Notes: generated from the letters alone by a model not told the origin. A stretch of 64,000 nucleotides of DNA from a virus (IMGVR_UViG_3300028283_000231), one strand, 5' to 3'. Positions 8,874-18,953 are shown, counted from the first letter of the stretch. Numbers and translations: made by a program.

Positions 8874-9053
8874 TTATTGAAGATTAACATTACCACCAAG
8901 GGTTTCGATACCTTTTAATATCGCATCCAATTTAGCATCCATCGATTTCAATTTGGATTTAACCTCACATAACATACCATATTCACCACTACCTTCATTT
9001 AGAACTTCATCGTCATATAACATTTCAGTAAATGTTTTTACTTTTTCTTCCAT
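8874..9053 (-). CDS. Small protein with CTS-like N-terminus (59 aa)
   Basis: MEEKVKTFTEMLYDDEVLNEGSG... Confidence 0.6.
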   Translation of the reverse strand: MEEKVKTFTEMLYDDEVLNEGSGEYGMLCEVKSKLKSMDAKLDAILKGIETLGGNVNLQ

Positions 9054-9059
9054 TTAATT

Positions 9060-9176
9060 TTAATAATTTTTTTGATAATGTTGCTTTTCACCGTAAGCTG
9101 GGCATTTAGTTGAAGCACAAGATGCTACTAAAAATGATACCGCTATAATTAATATTAAAATAATTTTCTTTTTCAT
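9060..9176 (-). CDS. 38-aa lipoprotein
   Basis: MKKKIILILIIAVSFLVASCASTKCPAYGEKQHYQKNY; lipobox VAS-C; TAATG coupling with the upstream gene. Confidence 0.7.
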   Translation of the reverse strand: MKKKIILILIIAVSFLVASCASTKCPAYGEKQHYQKNY

Positions 9177-9517
9177 TATTCTCTCTCTTTAGTTATGTGA
9201 ATCATACCTGGATAACCAGCGTCTTTTGAAGATGACCAAGCGTCTTTAAATTTCTTGTACTCTTCGTATTTTTGAAAAAATTCTTCATCAGTTAACTTCT
9301 TATATATTTGAGCGTTTTTTAAGATAGACGCCCAACCAAAATTGGTCATGTATTTTAAATCAACTCCACATTCTTCTAAAAAATCATCTACTGTGAGTTC
9401 AGATCCTTCGGGTAATGTTCTTAGTTTATATTCTAGTTCCATAGGAATATCAACTTCTACACCATTTTCTTTGGTTTCTTTAATGTAGTCTTTTAATTTT
9501 GTTTTTAAGTTTTTCAT
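9176..9517 (-). CDS. Hypothetical protein, CTS-like N-terminus
   Basis: MKNLKTKLKDYIKE. Confidence 0.7.
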   Translation of the reverse strand: MKNLKTKLKDYIKETKENGVEVDIPMELEYKLRTLPEGSELTVDDFLEECGVDLKYMTNFGWASILKNAQIYKKLTDEEFFQKYEEYKKFKDAWSSSKDAGYPGMIHITKERE

Positions 9518-10203
9518 TTTCCAACGTAATTTTTTAGTTTATCATACATGTCTGTTAATTTATCACTGTGGAGTTTTTTACTTTCGTGCCATAGTTCGTC
9601 AAATGTAATAAATAGATTATAAGTTTCCTTATCAAGAATCATACCTTTATCAAACTTCTTATTATTACTTTTCCATAACTCATCTGGTGATAAAGCGGCT
9701 TCACCTTTTGGTACTATGAATCCACCAAATTCTTTACCAACTGAATAAGTTTTCCAAATTATTAATTCTTTATCTTTACCGTAAACGTAGTATGTTTTAT
9801 GATCGTCTCCAATATCCCAATATATTCTACCGTTAATATTTTGTACCTTTTTACTTCCTTTGCCTTTAGATGTTAAGAAAGGAACACCAGGTATAAGAGT
9901 GTCTTTATCCAATCTGATAGGAATTCCAAAATTATCTAATTCGTGGTCACCAGTGACTTTATTCCTCTTGTAAACAGGTTTATCGAGACTTAGTTCACCT
10001 TTTTTAGCGTCATTAAAAATTTCTACTTCTTGTTTAGTAAGAGAGTTCTGTCCGTATTTTCTAATCTTATCTATGTAGTAGTTGATGATTTTATCAGAAG
10101 TAGCAGTTCTTTCATCAGTATCATATGCTTCGTAAAAATCATATACACCTTCATTTATAGGTTTAACTTCTTCCTTAACAACTTTATTTCTTTTCTTTCT
10201 CAT
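9514..10203 (-). CDS. Hypothetical protein, paralog of 10208..10894
   Basis: Shared blocks PG..F.T.KGK, FG.F, P..LW, FD.GM.LD; N-terminal IDKIRKYGQNSLTKQEVEIF resembles the DUF6576-type helix. Confidence 0.75.
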   Translation of the reverse strand: MRKKRNKVVKEEVKPINEGVYDFYEAYDTDERTATSDKIINYYIDKIRKYGQNSLTKQEVEIFNDAKKGELSLDKPVYKRNKVTGDHELDNFGIPIRLDKDTLIPGVPFLTSKGKGSKKVQNINGRIYWDIGDDHKTYYVYGKDKELIIWKTYSVGKEFGGFIVPKGEAALSPDELWKSNNKKFDKGMILDKETYNLFITFDELWHESKKLHSDKLTDMYDKLKNYVGK

Positions 10204-10207
10204 ATTT

Positions 10208-10894
10208 TTACAATAATTTTAGGAATCTTAATCTTAACTTATTCAAGACGTCAATGTTCCTTCTTTGATTTTCTTTATATAATTCTACGAAATTTATAAA
10301 GTCTTCATATAAATCTTCATCTAAAACCATACCGTAATCAAAAGTAAAATCTAATTCACCCCATAATTGTTCTGGGGACATTTTTTTATAAAAAGCGTAT
10401 TTCTGAGCGTTAGTATCTAAAAATTGACCAAATGGATATTTATCCCCGCCACCTGTTCTGTAAATAATCCAATCGTTTGCTTTTGTACCACTATCAGTTT
10501 CTATTGTAGTATATACATATATTCTTCTTTCTTCGTTATCTTTATTCCTGTAAACTCTTGCGTCCATTATATCTTTAGTGGACAATTTATCTGCGCCTTT
10601 TTGTTTACCTTTAACTGTTACAAATTCTTGTCCTGGTTTCTCGGGCTCTTCGTCAGTAAGTACGTTACCTTCATCATCAAATAAATATCCTCCGCCAGTC
10701 TTATGTGTTTGAAGAATAGGTCTATCATCAGGATCATCTGGGAGAGAACCTCCTTTACTTAGATTAACAAGAAGTTCGTGCTCTTCTGTTGTGAGTTTAC
10801 GCTTCTTCATTATCTCTAAGAGTTCGTCTATCTTTTGTTGCTCACGTTTACCCTCGTTTATAAATGATCTATATGATTTTACTATTTTATCCAT
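10208..10894 (-). CDS. Hypothetical protein with CTS-like N-terminus, paralog of 9514..10203
   Basis: MDKIVKSYRSFINE; shared motifs as above. Confidence 0.75.
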   Translation of the reverse strand: MDKIVKSYRSFINEGKREQQKIDELLEIMKKRKLTTEEHELLVNLSKGGSLPDDPDDRPILQTHKTGGGYLFDDEGNVLTDEEPEKPGQEFVTVKGKQKGADKLSTKDIMDARVYRNKDNEERRIYVYTTIETDSGTKANDWIIYRTGGGDKYPFGQFLDTNAQKYAFYKKMSPEQLWGELDFTFDYGMVLDEDLYEDFINFVELYKENQRRNIDVLNKLRLRFLKLL

Positions 10895-10941
10895 GAAGAT
10901 ATTATTCCTTTTTGCTTATATATTAAATTTTAATTTCTATT

Positions 10942-11814
10942 TTATAACTCGTCAGATATAATTTTTGCCCCGTAAGGTGCCAAATGTAAATCTCTTAATT
11001 TTCTATTTCCATTACATTTAAAGATAGGTACAGAAGCAGGTCCGTTCTTTAAAGTCTTTATATCGTTATTAGAACAATCATAAGTTCCACCAATCATATC
11101 AGGACCGTCCTTTAAATCATCCAATAAATTAAAACTACAATCGAAATTACCAACCAATAAATCTGGTGATCCTTCCAATGAAACTAATAAACAATTATCC
11201 ACGTAATAAGATCCATTTACTATTTTTGGTCCACCAATTAAATCAGGCATACTATTATAACTAGCCATAAAATCCTTTTGAATCTTTTCTGGAGCACCAG
11301 CTAAATCATTTAAACCACTCTGTCTCACATCATAATTACCACCAACAACAGAAGGACCACCTTTTAAACTACCTAATCTATTATTAGTACAAATAAAATT
11401 TCCCTCTACAACATCAGGACACCCCTTCAAATTAACCAACCCACAAGAAGAAGCGTCAAAATCTCCCATCACGTAATCAAATTTAACTGGAATAGTAGCT
11501 AACGGCATTCTAATCTTTACACTCTCTAAAGCATCTACCGTGTAATCGTCATTAATCTTATATTTTCTAAGACCAATTACATTTAAAAATTTTATAATCT
11601 TATCCTTCTGATTATCTTTAATGTAGTACATAATATTGTGGTAATCAGCGTCTTGAAAAGTCATACATCTTAATCTTGGGTGATAGATAAGCATTTCTGC
11701 TTCGTTTAGAATTTCGAATTGTTGCGTAGTGATCTCAAGGTACTCTCCACTTGGTATTCCAACGATACCAATTATTGCAGGACTTGATTCGTACAATTTA
11801 AATTTCTTTATCAT
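10942..11814 (-). CDS. Leucine-rich-repeat-like protein 1
   Basis: About 22-aa repeats L.SL.G.P..V.G.F.CS.N; N-terminus MIKKFKLYES and PSGE domain. Confidence 0.8.
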   Translation of the reverse strand: MIKKFKLYESSPAIIGIVGIPSGEYLEITTQQFEILNEAEMLIYHPRLRCMTFQDADYHNIMYYIKDNQKDKIIKFLNVIGLRKYKINDDYTVDALESVKIRMPLATIPVKFDYVMGDFDASSCGLVNLKGCPDVVEGNFICTNNRLGSLKGGPSVVGGNYDVRQSGLNDLAGAPEKIQKDFMASYNSMPDLIGGPKIVNGSYYVDNCLLVSLEGSPDLLVGNFDCSFNLLDDLKDGPDMIGGTYDCSNNDIKTLKNGPASVPIFKCNGNRKLRDLHLAPYGAKIISDEL

Positions 11815-12185
11815 ATCGCGTAACTCTCAATTTGCCATCTATCTTCTTCATCGAAGAAATAGTAATTTTTTGCTTTATTGTATTTAATGATACTTGACAT
11901 CGCTAAATTCATGGCGTCTTCTTCTGGTACATTTAAAACCTCACCAGATGATACCTCAATTAGTTCTTCAACTTTGATTATATTGGTATAATAAAAAGAC
12001 ACTAATTCATTGTTATAATCTAACATTATTCTCACGTCACCGTTATCTGATCCGCTAGTATTTACATTTATAATTTTACCAGATTGCATGTAATGTTTAG
12101 AATCTCTATATTTAATGATAACTTTATCACCAGTATTAAGATTGGTATCCCTCAAAGATTTATAACTTTCAAATTTCTTTATCAT
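11811..12185 (-). CDS. KOW/SH3-like plus PSGE-domain protein within the LRR cluster
   Basis: LNTGDKVII....HYMQSGKII; C-terminal SSGEVLNV...IKYN....FFDEED matches the N-domain of the LRR neighbours. Confidence 0.65.
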   Translation of the reverse strand: MIKKFESYKSLRDTNLNTGDKVIIKYRDSKHYMQSGKIINVNTSGSDNGDVRIMLDYNNELVSFYYTNIIKVEELIEVSSGEVLNVPEEDAMNLAMSSIIKYNKAKNYYFFDEEDRWQIESYAI

Positions 12186-12900
12186 TGAATAAGTTATTAT
12201 TTTTTATGAAGTTACCCTTTACAACTGGAGCGTCATTAATATTTTTCAAAAGATTATTACTACAATTAAAGTCAGTTAATTTTATAGGTGATCCAGTTAA
12301 AGACGTAAGTTTATTATGACTACAATTATATAATCTAGACACTAATCTTGGACCATCATGTAAATCTTCTAAATGATTATAACTACAATCAAATCTACCG
12401 TGTACTGTTCTAGGTGTATTCTCTAATGTTTCAAGTAAATTATAAGAGCAATTGAAATCACTGGAACATCTATTGAATTTAACTGGAATTCTTGTGAGTT
12501 TTTTATAAGCCATATTGACTGGTCCCATAGCGTCAACACTAAAGTCTGGAAGAATTGAAAATTGATCCTTCAATAAACCACAATCTAAAAGAAATTCTAT
12601 GATTAAACTTTTTGTTAAAGCGTGTCTTTCGTCTCCAATTTTAGGAAGTATGCTTTTTATTTTTCTTTTATTGGCTAGATAATCTTTCACTTTAGGGGCA
12701 AGGAAATCACTACATACCCATCTATATAAGTTCAGCATCTTACCCCTATCGTCGTCGTAGAATATATAATTTCTTTTAACTAAAGGTTCGATATCATCGT
12801 CTGAAAAGTATATAACTTCTCCACTTGGAACACAAACTAAATAGTTTTCTTTCCATTCAATAGATTCGTTATATTTTATAAAATTAGTTACCATGACCAA
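12169..12900 (-). CDS. Leucine-rich-repeat-like protein 2
   Basis: Same repeat unit; VPSGEVIYF N-domain; FIKYNES. Confidence 0.8.
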   Translation of the reverse strand: MVMVTNFIKYNESIEWKENYLVCVPSGEVIYFSDDDIEPLVKRNYIFYDDDRGKMLNLYRWVCSDFLAPKVKDYLANKRKIKSILPKIGDERHALTKSLIIEFLLDCGLLKDQFSILPDFSVDAMGPVNMAYKKLTRIPVKFNRCSSDFNCSYNLLETLENTPRTVHGRFDCSYNHLEDLHDGPRLVSRLYNCSHNKLTSLTGSPIKLTDFNCSNNLLKNINDAPVVKGNFIKNNNLFNDKEI

Positions 12901-13739
12901 CTCCCGTCCCCCTCGTCTCTTAATTGATGATTACCAAAGGTTTTTATTTTATTTTTCTTTAAAGCGCTCTGCATAGCAACCACAGGATCAACTTTTCCAC
13001 CCTTTCCACCCATTATATGCAAACAATCTGGCGCACCTTCCATAGATTTCAATGAATTTAAACTACAATCAAAATAACCCTTAACTTTCTTGGGTCCACC
13101 CTTTAAATTCATAAGTAAATTATCAGAGCAATTAAAATCACTTCTTATAATTTCTGGTGATCCATCCAATGATAATAATACATTTAAACTACAATCATAT
13201 AAAGTACCTACATATTTAGGACCACCCGTTAAATCAGATAAATTATTATTACTAACTATAAAAGAACCACCCACTTCATTTGGTGCGCCTTCTAATGTTT
13301 CTAATTTCGAATCCCTCCAAATGAAATCACCACTCACTTTATTGAATTTCATCGGTATCTTTTTAAGACTAGAATTACTTACATATATATCACCTGAAAC
13401 CTCTACCCCTTTAGCAGTCAACATATAAGTTCTAACTCTCTTCTGTTCGTCAAAGAACATAGTTAATTTATTCATGTAATCATCACTATAAGATATACTC
13501 ACGTCTTCTACTTCTGGTTCATTTTTTACTTTTCTTTTTAAGTACCTGAGAACTTTTTCGTAATCTTCGTCTTTGAAGATATAGGACATAAGATTATTAT
13601 GATAAGAAATATATCCTTCTTGTTTAAGGTTATTGATTTCTTTGTAATAAATATCAATAATCTGTCCACTAGGAAGACCTATCAAATATTCAGTATTTAT
13701 TTCAAACTGTTTATATTCTTTAATCATAGTCAACCTCAT
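12888..13739 (-). CDS. Leucine-rich-repeat-like protein 3 (probable start MIKEYKQFE at 13727)
   Basis: Same repeat unit; LPSGQIIDI N-domain. Confidence 0.8.
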   Translation of the reverse strand: MRLTMIKEYKQFEINTEYLIGLPSGQIIDIYYKEINNLKQEGYISYHNNLMSYIFKDEDYEKVLRYLKRKVKNEPEVEDVSISYSDDYMNKLTMFFDEQKRVRTYMLTAKGVEVSGDIYVSNSSLKKIPMKFNKVSGDFIWRDSKLETLEGAPNEVGGSFIVSNNNLSDLTGGPKYVGTLYDCSLNVLLSLDGSPEIIRSDFNCSDNLLMNLKGGPKKVKGYFDCSLNSLKSMEGAPDCLHIMGGKGGKVDPVVAMQSALKKNKIKTFGNHQLRDEGDGSWSW

Positions 13740-14589
13740 CTATTTCGTTTCCTTCGTTAAATATAATCTTATTACACGAAGGCATTCCCATTAAATTAAA
13801 AAGTCTATTAAAAGTACAATTAAAATTGCCTGTAACCTCTTTTGGTCCGTTTGTTAAAGTTGTTATAGTGTTATGACTACAATCAAAATTCATTGTCTTT
13901 CTCGATGAGTGGAATAAATTAGTTAATCTATTATAAGACACATTGAAAAACCTAACGTCTATTATTTTTTCTGGCATCCCTTTCAATGTTTTTATATTAT
14001 TCCTTTCACAATCAAATACTACTTGACAGTAATTTGGAAACCCATGCAAATCTTCCAAATTATTATCCATACAATAATATCCACCAGCTACAAACTTAGG
14101 ACCACCTATCAATGTATAAATTTGATTTGAACAACAATCAAAAAATCCACCAATTTGATTTGGAGTATTTGTTAAGTTGTTCAGTTTATTCATACTACAA
14201 TCGAAATTGCCAGTTACTTGTCTGAACTTAATAGGTATCTTTTGTAAGGATTTACCACTTATATCAACGTCCCCTTTAACATCTACACTTAAATCAGCGT
14301 TAACTGTGTAATTACTTATTTTGAAACTCTCCATACAATAATGTATGTATTGGATTTTCATTGGATCCTGTGTGAGCTTCTTTACCATTAAATAATTCTC
14401 ATCAAGAAAAGTAAAATACATACCGCCCTTGTTATATCTGATGAGTCTTTGTTTTTTCAAATTTATAAATTGGTCGTCTGTAATATCTATAACTTCACCA
14501 CTTGGCATACCGACAACGTAACTTGTTATAACACCAGGTAAAGGAGTGTCACCGTCAAGTGTCTCATATAGTTGGAAAGTCTTAATCAC
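13720..14589 (-). CDS. Leucine-rich-repeat-like protein 4
   Basis: GTG start MIKTFQLYE; MPSGEVIDI N-domain; same repeats. Confidence 0.8.
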   Translation of the reverse strand: MIKTFQLYETLDGDTPLPGVITSYVVGMPSGEVIDITDDQFINLKKQRLIRYNKGGMYFTFLDENYLMVKKLTQDPMKIQYIHYCMESFKISNYTVNADLSVDVKGDVDISGKSLQKIPIKFRQVTGNFDCSMNKLNNLTNTPNQIGGFFDCCSNQIYTLIGGPKFVAGGYYCMDNNLEDLHGFPNYCQVVFDCERNNIKTLKGMPEKIIDVRFFNVSYNRLTNLFHSSRKTMNFDCSHNTITTLTNGPKEVTGNFNCTFNRLFNLMGMPSCNKIIFNEGNEIDEVDYD

Positions 14590-14678
14590 TAAAAGGCAGT
14601 TTTTTATTTATATATAAAAATTAGGTTCTAAAATTTAATAGAAAAATTAAAGCAAATATATGAAAAAATTGTCTAATA

Positions 14679-15587
14679 TTAAATAATATCTTTAAATTTA
14701 TCATAATTTTTATCCATTATTATCAAATATTCATATCCCTGATTTCTAGTTTCTTCTTCTTTTGTTTTATTTAATTCTAAATATCTATTATAATAAAAAG
14801 TAGATTTTATTTCTATTACCATATTTTTTTCCTTTATATAAAAATCACTATGATATACTTTATTTTTGCCTTCAAATTTAAATTTTATAGTAGGTCCTTT
14901 CCCGACGTCAATTTTATTATTATAACAATAATCTAAAAAATCTTTTTCGTAGGTGCCCCTATATAATAAATCCATATTTTCATGTAATATCATCTTTTTA
15001 CCTGATATTTGTGATTTTTCAAATAAAAAATTAGATTGAGTAGGATTTTCTACTCCCCAATTTATCAAAGTTGTTTCAATTTTCTTCTTTTTAAATTCAT
15101 TAAATTTAGATGGGTTATCAACATTGTATTTTTCCATACAGGTATCTTTAACCCTTTTCTTATATTCTAATGTTTTTGTATAACTAACAAATCCATAATT
15201 TTTTAAACATGTTTCCTTTTTTTTATCCTTCACTTCTTTTACATCAGATATGTTATCAACACCATATTTTTCATTTAAAGTTTTAGTTGATTTTTTGAAT
15301 ATATCCGCGTTTTGTTGGGGGAAATCCACGCCATATCTTATTTGGTTAGTAATCTTATTTTTTTCGATGGAACATTTAGCACAACAATAATATCCACCTC
15401 TTTTTAATTGATTTAGATAATTTTGATACTTAATTGAATTTTCCACTCCACAAGATTCACAGATTGCTACAACTCTAATGGTAGAACAATCACTGAGATC
15501 TTCAATTTTTATCATAATAATATCATTCTTATTATATGGTCCGTACTTATGTAAATATTTTTTATAGGTGGATGATGATATTTTCAT
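14679..15587 (-). CDS. Putative homing endonuclease (Zn ribbon, KYGVDN repeats, C-terminal PD-(D/E)xK domain)
   Basis: CESCG..CAKC; repeated KYGVDNxS; YHSDFYI...VIEIKS. Confidence 0.7.
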   Translation of the reverse strand: MKISSSTYKKYLHKYGPYNKNDIIMIKIEDLSDCSTIRVVAICESCGVENSIKYQNYLNQLKRGGYYCCAKCSIEKNKITNQIRYGVDFPQQNADIFKKSTKTLNEKYGVDNISDVKEVKDKKKETCLKNYGFVSYTKTLEYKKRVKDTCMEKYNVDNPSKFNEFKKKKIETTLINWGVENPTQSNFLFEKSQISGKKMILHENMDLLYRGTYEKDFLDYCYNNKIDVGKGPTIKFKFEGKNKVYHSDFYIKEKNMVIEIKSTFYYNRYLELNKTKEEETRNQGYEYLIIMDKNYDKFKDII

Positions 15588-15725
15588 TTCTACTGTCGTT
15601 TTTTAACATCTTATAAATTATTATTTTTTTTGATACATCTAAATCAAATGTATAGTATTATATATAAATGTTTAAAAATGGAAAAATGAAAATAATATAT
15701 AATATAAAATAAATGATTTTTATAT

Positions 15726-16583
15726 ATGATTAAACTATTTGAGGATTTTGAACGAAATATAGAAAAAAAATTAATTTATATGGCGTTCGATATAGACGAT
15801 AATTTATTATACATGCCAACAAGGATTCATATGGATCATTTAGTTAACGGCACTTGGATTACAGAACCAGTAGACACAGAAACCTTCGCTAAAATCAGAC
15901 AAGATAAAGTAAATTGGAGATATAAATCCGAACACGAAGGCGACGCATCCTTTGTTGAGTTTCGTGATTGGGGACCAGACGGTAAAGATACATTTTTAAA
16001 TGGATTTAAATACGCTGTTCTTCATAAAAGATTTGGTCCTTCTTGGACAAAATTCATAGAATGCTTAGTTAATGGTAATATTTTCTCAATAATAACATCA
16101 AGAGGTCACTCACCCGAGAATGTTAGAAGAGCATTTGAATGGTTGATATATGAATACGGTTTAGACAATTTTAAAAACCTACATATTAAAAATGTAGATA
16201 AATACGAATCGTTTGAAGATCAAATGATTCAAAACCTATTGAGATATCACGAGATATTCGGATCTGAACCTGATTACGTTATAGATGAGTACCTTGATGT
16301 TTGTCCTATCTACACTATATCATCACCTTATTTCAAAGAGAAGTTTGGCAAAATGGGTCCAGATGACGCTAAGAAAGTATCTTTACAAGATTTCAATGAA
16401 ATAGTTAAAACTTACGCCAAGAAACTTGGAGTTAAGGCTAAATATGGTTTCTCAGATGACGATCCAAAATTTGTTAAAGCCGCGGTTGATCAATTTAGAG
16501 AATTGAAAGATAAAGATCATAAATATGTTAAGTATTCTGTATTTGATACAGGGGATAAAAAAATGAAGAAATTAGATATATGA
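15726..16583 (+). CDS. HAD-superfamily hydrolase with CTS-like N-terminus
   Basis: Motif I AFDIDDNL, motif II ITSRG, motif IV FSDDD; starts MIKLFEDFE. Confidence 0.7.
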   Translation: MIKLFEDFERNIEKKLIYMAFDIDDNLLYMPTRIHMDHLVNGTWITEPVDTETFAKIRQDKVNWRYKSEHEGDASFVEFRDWGPDGKDTFLNGFKYAVLHKRFGPSWTKFIECLVNGNIFSIITSRGHSPENVRRAFEWLIYEYGLDNFKNLHIKNVDKYESFEDQMIQNLLRYHEIFGSEPDYVIDEYLDVCPIYTISSPYFKEKFGKMGPDDAKKVSLQDFNEIVKTYAKKLGVKAKYGFSDDDPKFVKAAVDQFRELKDKDHKYVKYSVFDTGDKKMKKLDI

Positions 16584-17572
16584 AAAACTTTACAAGATTT
16601 ATCAATGAAAATCTAGGAGAGAAGGATGATTTCTCTGGTGTACTATCAGCAATGATGGAACTACCAACAGAAGAAATTTTAAGATTTCGTGACGAACTAA
16701 AAAGTTCTCTAAACGAAAGTGCTCTCAACGAAGCGTACTCCATAGATTTCTTTACTGGTTTAAAAGCTAAATTTAGAAGATGGTTTACTGATAAACTTTT
16801 CAACTTCTTGATCAACAGGAAGAAAGAATATTACGAAAAGTTAATTGATAAATTGGCTATATTTGATTTAACACAAATAGATGACGTTTACAAGGCTTTC
16901 CCAGCTTTTCAATTGAAATCCATGTACCTTGCTGGTGGTATGGACGCTGCTAAAAAAGGTGGCAAAGTTGGTTGGAGAAATTTAGTAGAATACGAACTCG
17001 AAGTTAATCACCCAGGTAATAAAAAGAATTGTCCAGAAGTCACGATATACCTTGGTCCTGAAGGGGACGAAGAAGTTGTAGTTAAACCATCATATTGTAT
17101 TGACGGTCCTATGTTGGATTTATTCATTACCAATCCAAAGAAATGTTTAAATTTATATAACTATCCAGCTTTATTAAACCCAGTTAGAAAAGAAGTTGAT
17201 AGAAATAAAATGGATTTTGATACCTACATTGGCGCACTAAAAAGCGCTAAATCAAATCAACAAGAAATAGAAGACGCTATCAGATTCTTTAGAGAAACAG
17301 TATCTAAAAGAATAGCTTACGAAGACGAATTAATCATAAATAAATCAGACGCTATATTCTTGGGACTCAATCCTGTAGCTGGTGCTGGAACTTACGCTGA
17401 GCTTCAGTTGCTTAGTTTCATAGAAAAACCGCTCTTCTGTACACTTGTAGAAGGATATGAGAATATGGTTGGTGGGTTTAAATTATGGAACATGCCACAA
17501 CTTTGTAAGATGACAAGAAATGAAAAAGAAATGTTAACACTGGTAGATACTCTATATGAGGCTGCTCATTAA
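16580..17572 (+). CDS. Nucleoside 2-deoxyribosyltransferase-like (NDT/N-glycosidase fold) with CTS-like N-terminus
   Basis: YLAGGM...GWR; LLNPVRK; D..II.KSDAIF; GAGTYAEL; starts MKNFTRFINE. Confidence 0.65.
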   Translation: MKNFTRFINENLGEKDDFSGVLSAMMELPTEEILRFRDELKSSLNESALNEAYSIDFFTGLKAKFRRWFTDKLFNFLINRKKEYYEKLIDKLAIFDLTQIDDVYKAFPAFQLKSMYLAGGMDAAKKGGKVGWRNLVEYELEVNHPGNKKNCPEVTIYLGPEGDEEVVVKPSYCIDGPMLDLFITNPKKCLNLYNYPALLNPVRKEVDRNKMDFDTYIGALKSAKSNQQEIEDAIRFFRETVSKRIAYEDELIINKSDAIFLGLNPVAGAGTYAELQLLSFIEKPLFCTLVEGYENMVGGFKLWNMPQLCKMTRNEKEMLTLVDTLYEAAH

Positions 17573-17772
17573 AGAATATCAAACCAAACGCTGTGTTCAG
17601 TGCTAAAATGAGATTTAAACTCATTAATAGTCTTTTCTAACAATTCGTTATCGCCAGACATTTCAATCTCTGTGATGTTAATAATACTCTCAATGGTATC
17701 TTTACCATAATGTTTGATTCTGACTTCGTTCTCAAGCCAGTTAATCAATTCGAGTGTTTTTACTGCTTTCAT
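17569..17772 (-). CDS. Hypothetical protein
   Basis: 67-aa ORF. Confidence 0.65.
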   Translation of the reverse strand: MKAVKTLELINWLENEVRIKHYGKDTIESIINITEIEMSGDNELLEKTINEFKSHFSTEHSVWFDIL

Positions 17773-17774
17773 AA

Positions 17775-18290
17775 TTATTCGGGTTCGTAATAAAAATTTT
17801 TTGTGTTCTCAATAACTTTAATGAGTTCCAAAACCTTTGGCCCACTAACCTCAAAAACGCTAACATAACGCATACCGTTACGTCTACTCATATATATATT
17901 AAGAGTGTGATGGTCATGGGTCTTTTGGTGATGTATTCTAAAACAAATACTCACCGCCTCAGCTAATTTGTGTGTGAAAAGATACTGTGTATAAGTGGTA
18001 TAGTTCCTTCTTTCCCACATATAGGTACTAGTCTCATTTGTGGCCCTAATCAACTGATCAACAGCAACATCCTTAGTGATGTCTAGATTATTTGGAACTT
18101 CAAACATTACTTGGTCTTTAAGAAACTTTTCAACAATCAATAAATCGGTGTTATCCCATCCACCTAACTGGTTAAGTAACTTGGTGGCATCTGTATCACC
18201 ACTCTTTAAGAATTCATTAACGATGTTCAAATGCCTTTGTGTGCAATGAGTTACACCTAATTGCGTGAGCAAACTTTCTGATGTCTTCAT
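17775..18290 (-). CDS. Hypothetical protein
   Basis: 171-aa ORF. Confidence 0.7.
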   Translation of the reverse strand: MKTSESLLTQLGVTHCTQRHLNIVNEFLKSGDTDATKLLNQLGGWDNTDLLIVEKFLKDQVMFEVPNNLDITKDVAVDQLIRATNETSTYMWERRNYTTYTQYLFTHKLAEAVSICFRIHHQKTHDHHTLNIYMSRRNGMRYVSVFEVSGPKVLELIKVIENTKNFYYEPE

Positions 18291-18308
18291 ATATTTATAA
18301 ATTTAATA

Positions 18309-18953
18309 TTACCAATCAATTCTAATTGAATATTCACCAGCGTCAATCAATCCCTTCATATATAGGTCGTTAGCTACTGTGTGAATACTTGGATAAAAAT
18401 TTCTGTCCCACCACAAATCGGATTATTCAAGCACGGAAATAATATTACGAAGTAATGGTAAAAATCCTTTACTGTATGTAAAACTTGCGAACAACTCGAT
18501 TTTTAATTTTTTCCCAACTCCTGCTTTTGACCCGTTCACTTTTTTCGGTTTTTGCAAGACTCTCCCATTTGGAAGAAATTTCACGAACTTCTTCCATGGT
18601 TACGGATAGTTTTCCGCGTCCGAGCGTGGTCTTTGGAGCGAATATTTTTAAATCGGTCATATTACCATGATTTTTGGGGATGTCCATTCTTTAGTGTCAC
18701 GTTCTAACCATTTTTGAAATTTAACACCCATAACTTCACCGTTAATGATTTCTGGGATTTCATCGTGCATTTCATCTTCCTGTTCGTCAGCCCAATCACA
18801 AGGTACTTCTAAATTAACAATTCCTCTAGATTGGCAACCATCTTGTTGCTGAAAACAATAAGGTTTATCGTAAGTACTTGATACTAAATTGTCCCAATCC
18901 TGACAGTCAATCATTTTTACGTTCTTTATCCTTAGTTTTTTAACATGTGCCAT
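18309..18953 (-). pseudogene. Phage protein gene apparently split by a roughly 250-nt insertion
   Basis: N-part ...GVKFQKWLERDTKEW (to about 18680) and C-part SDLWWDRNFYPSIHTVANDLYMKGLIDAGEYSIRIDW* (18309-18422) are in the same frame with four stops in between. Confidence 0.55.

Noticed and set aside
10942-14589. Diversity-generating retroelement acting on the LRR genes
   Set aside because: No reverse transcriptase and no near-identical TR/VR pair differing at adenines
18423-18690. Group I intron call for the insert, and its 72-aa ORF as a real gene
   Set aside because: No recognisable P7/R/S core elements; the ORF has atypical codons and no clear initiation context
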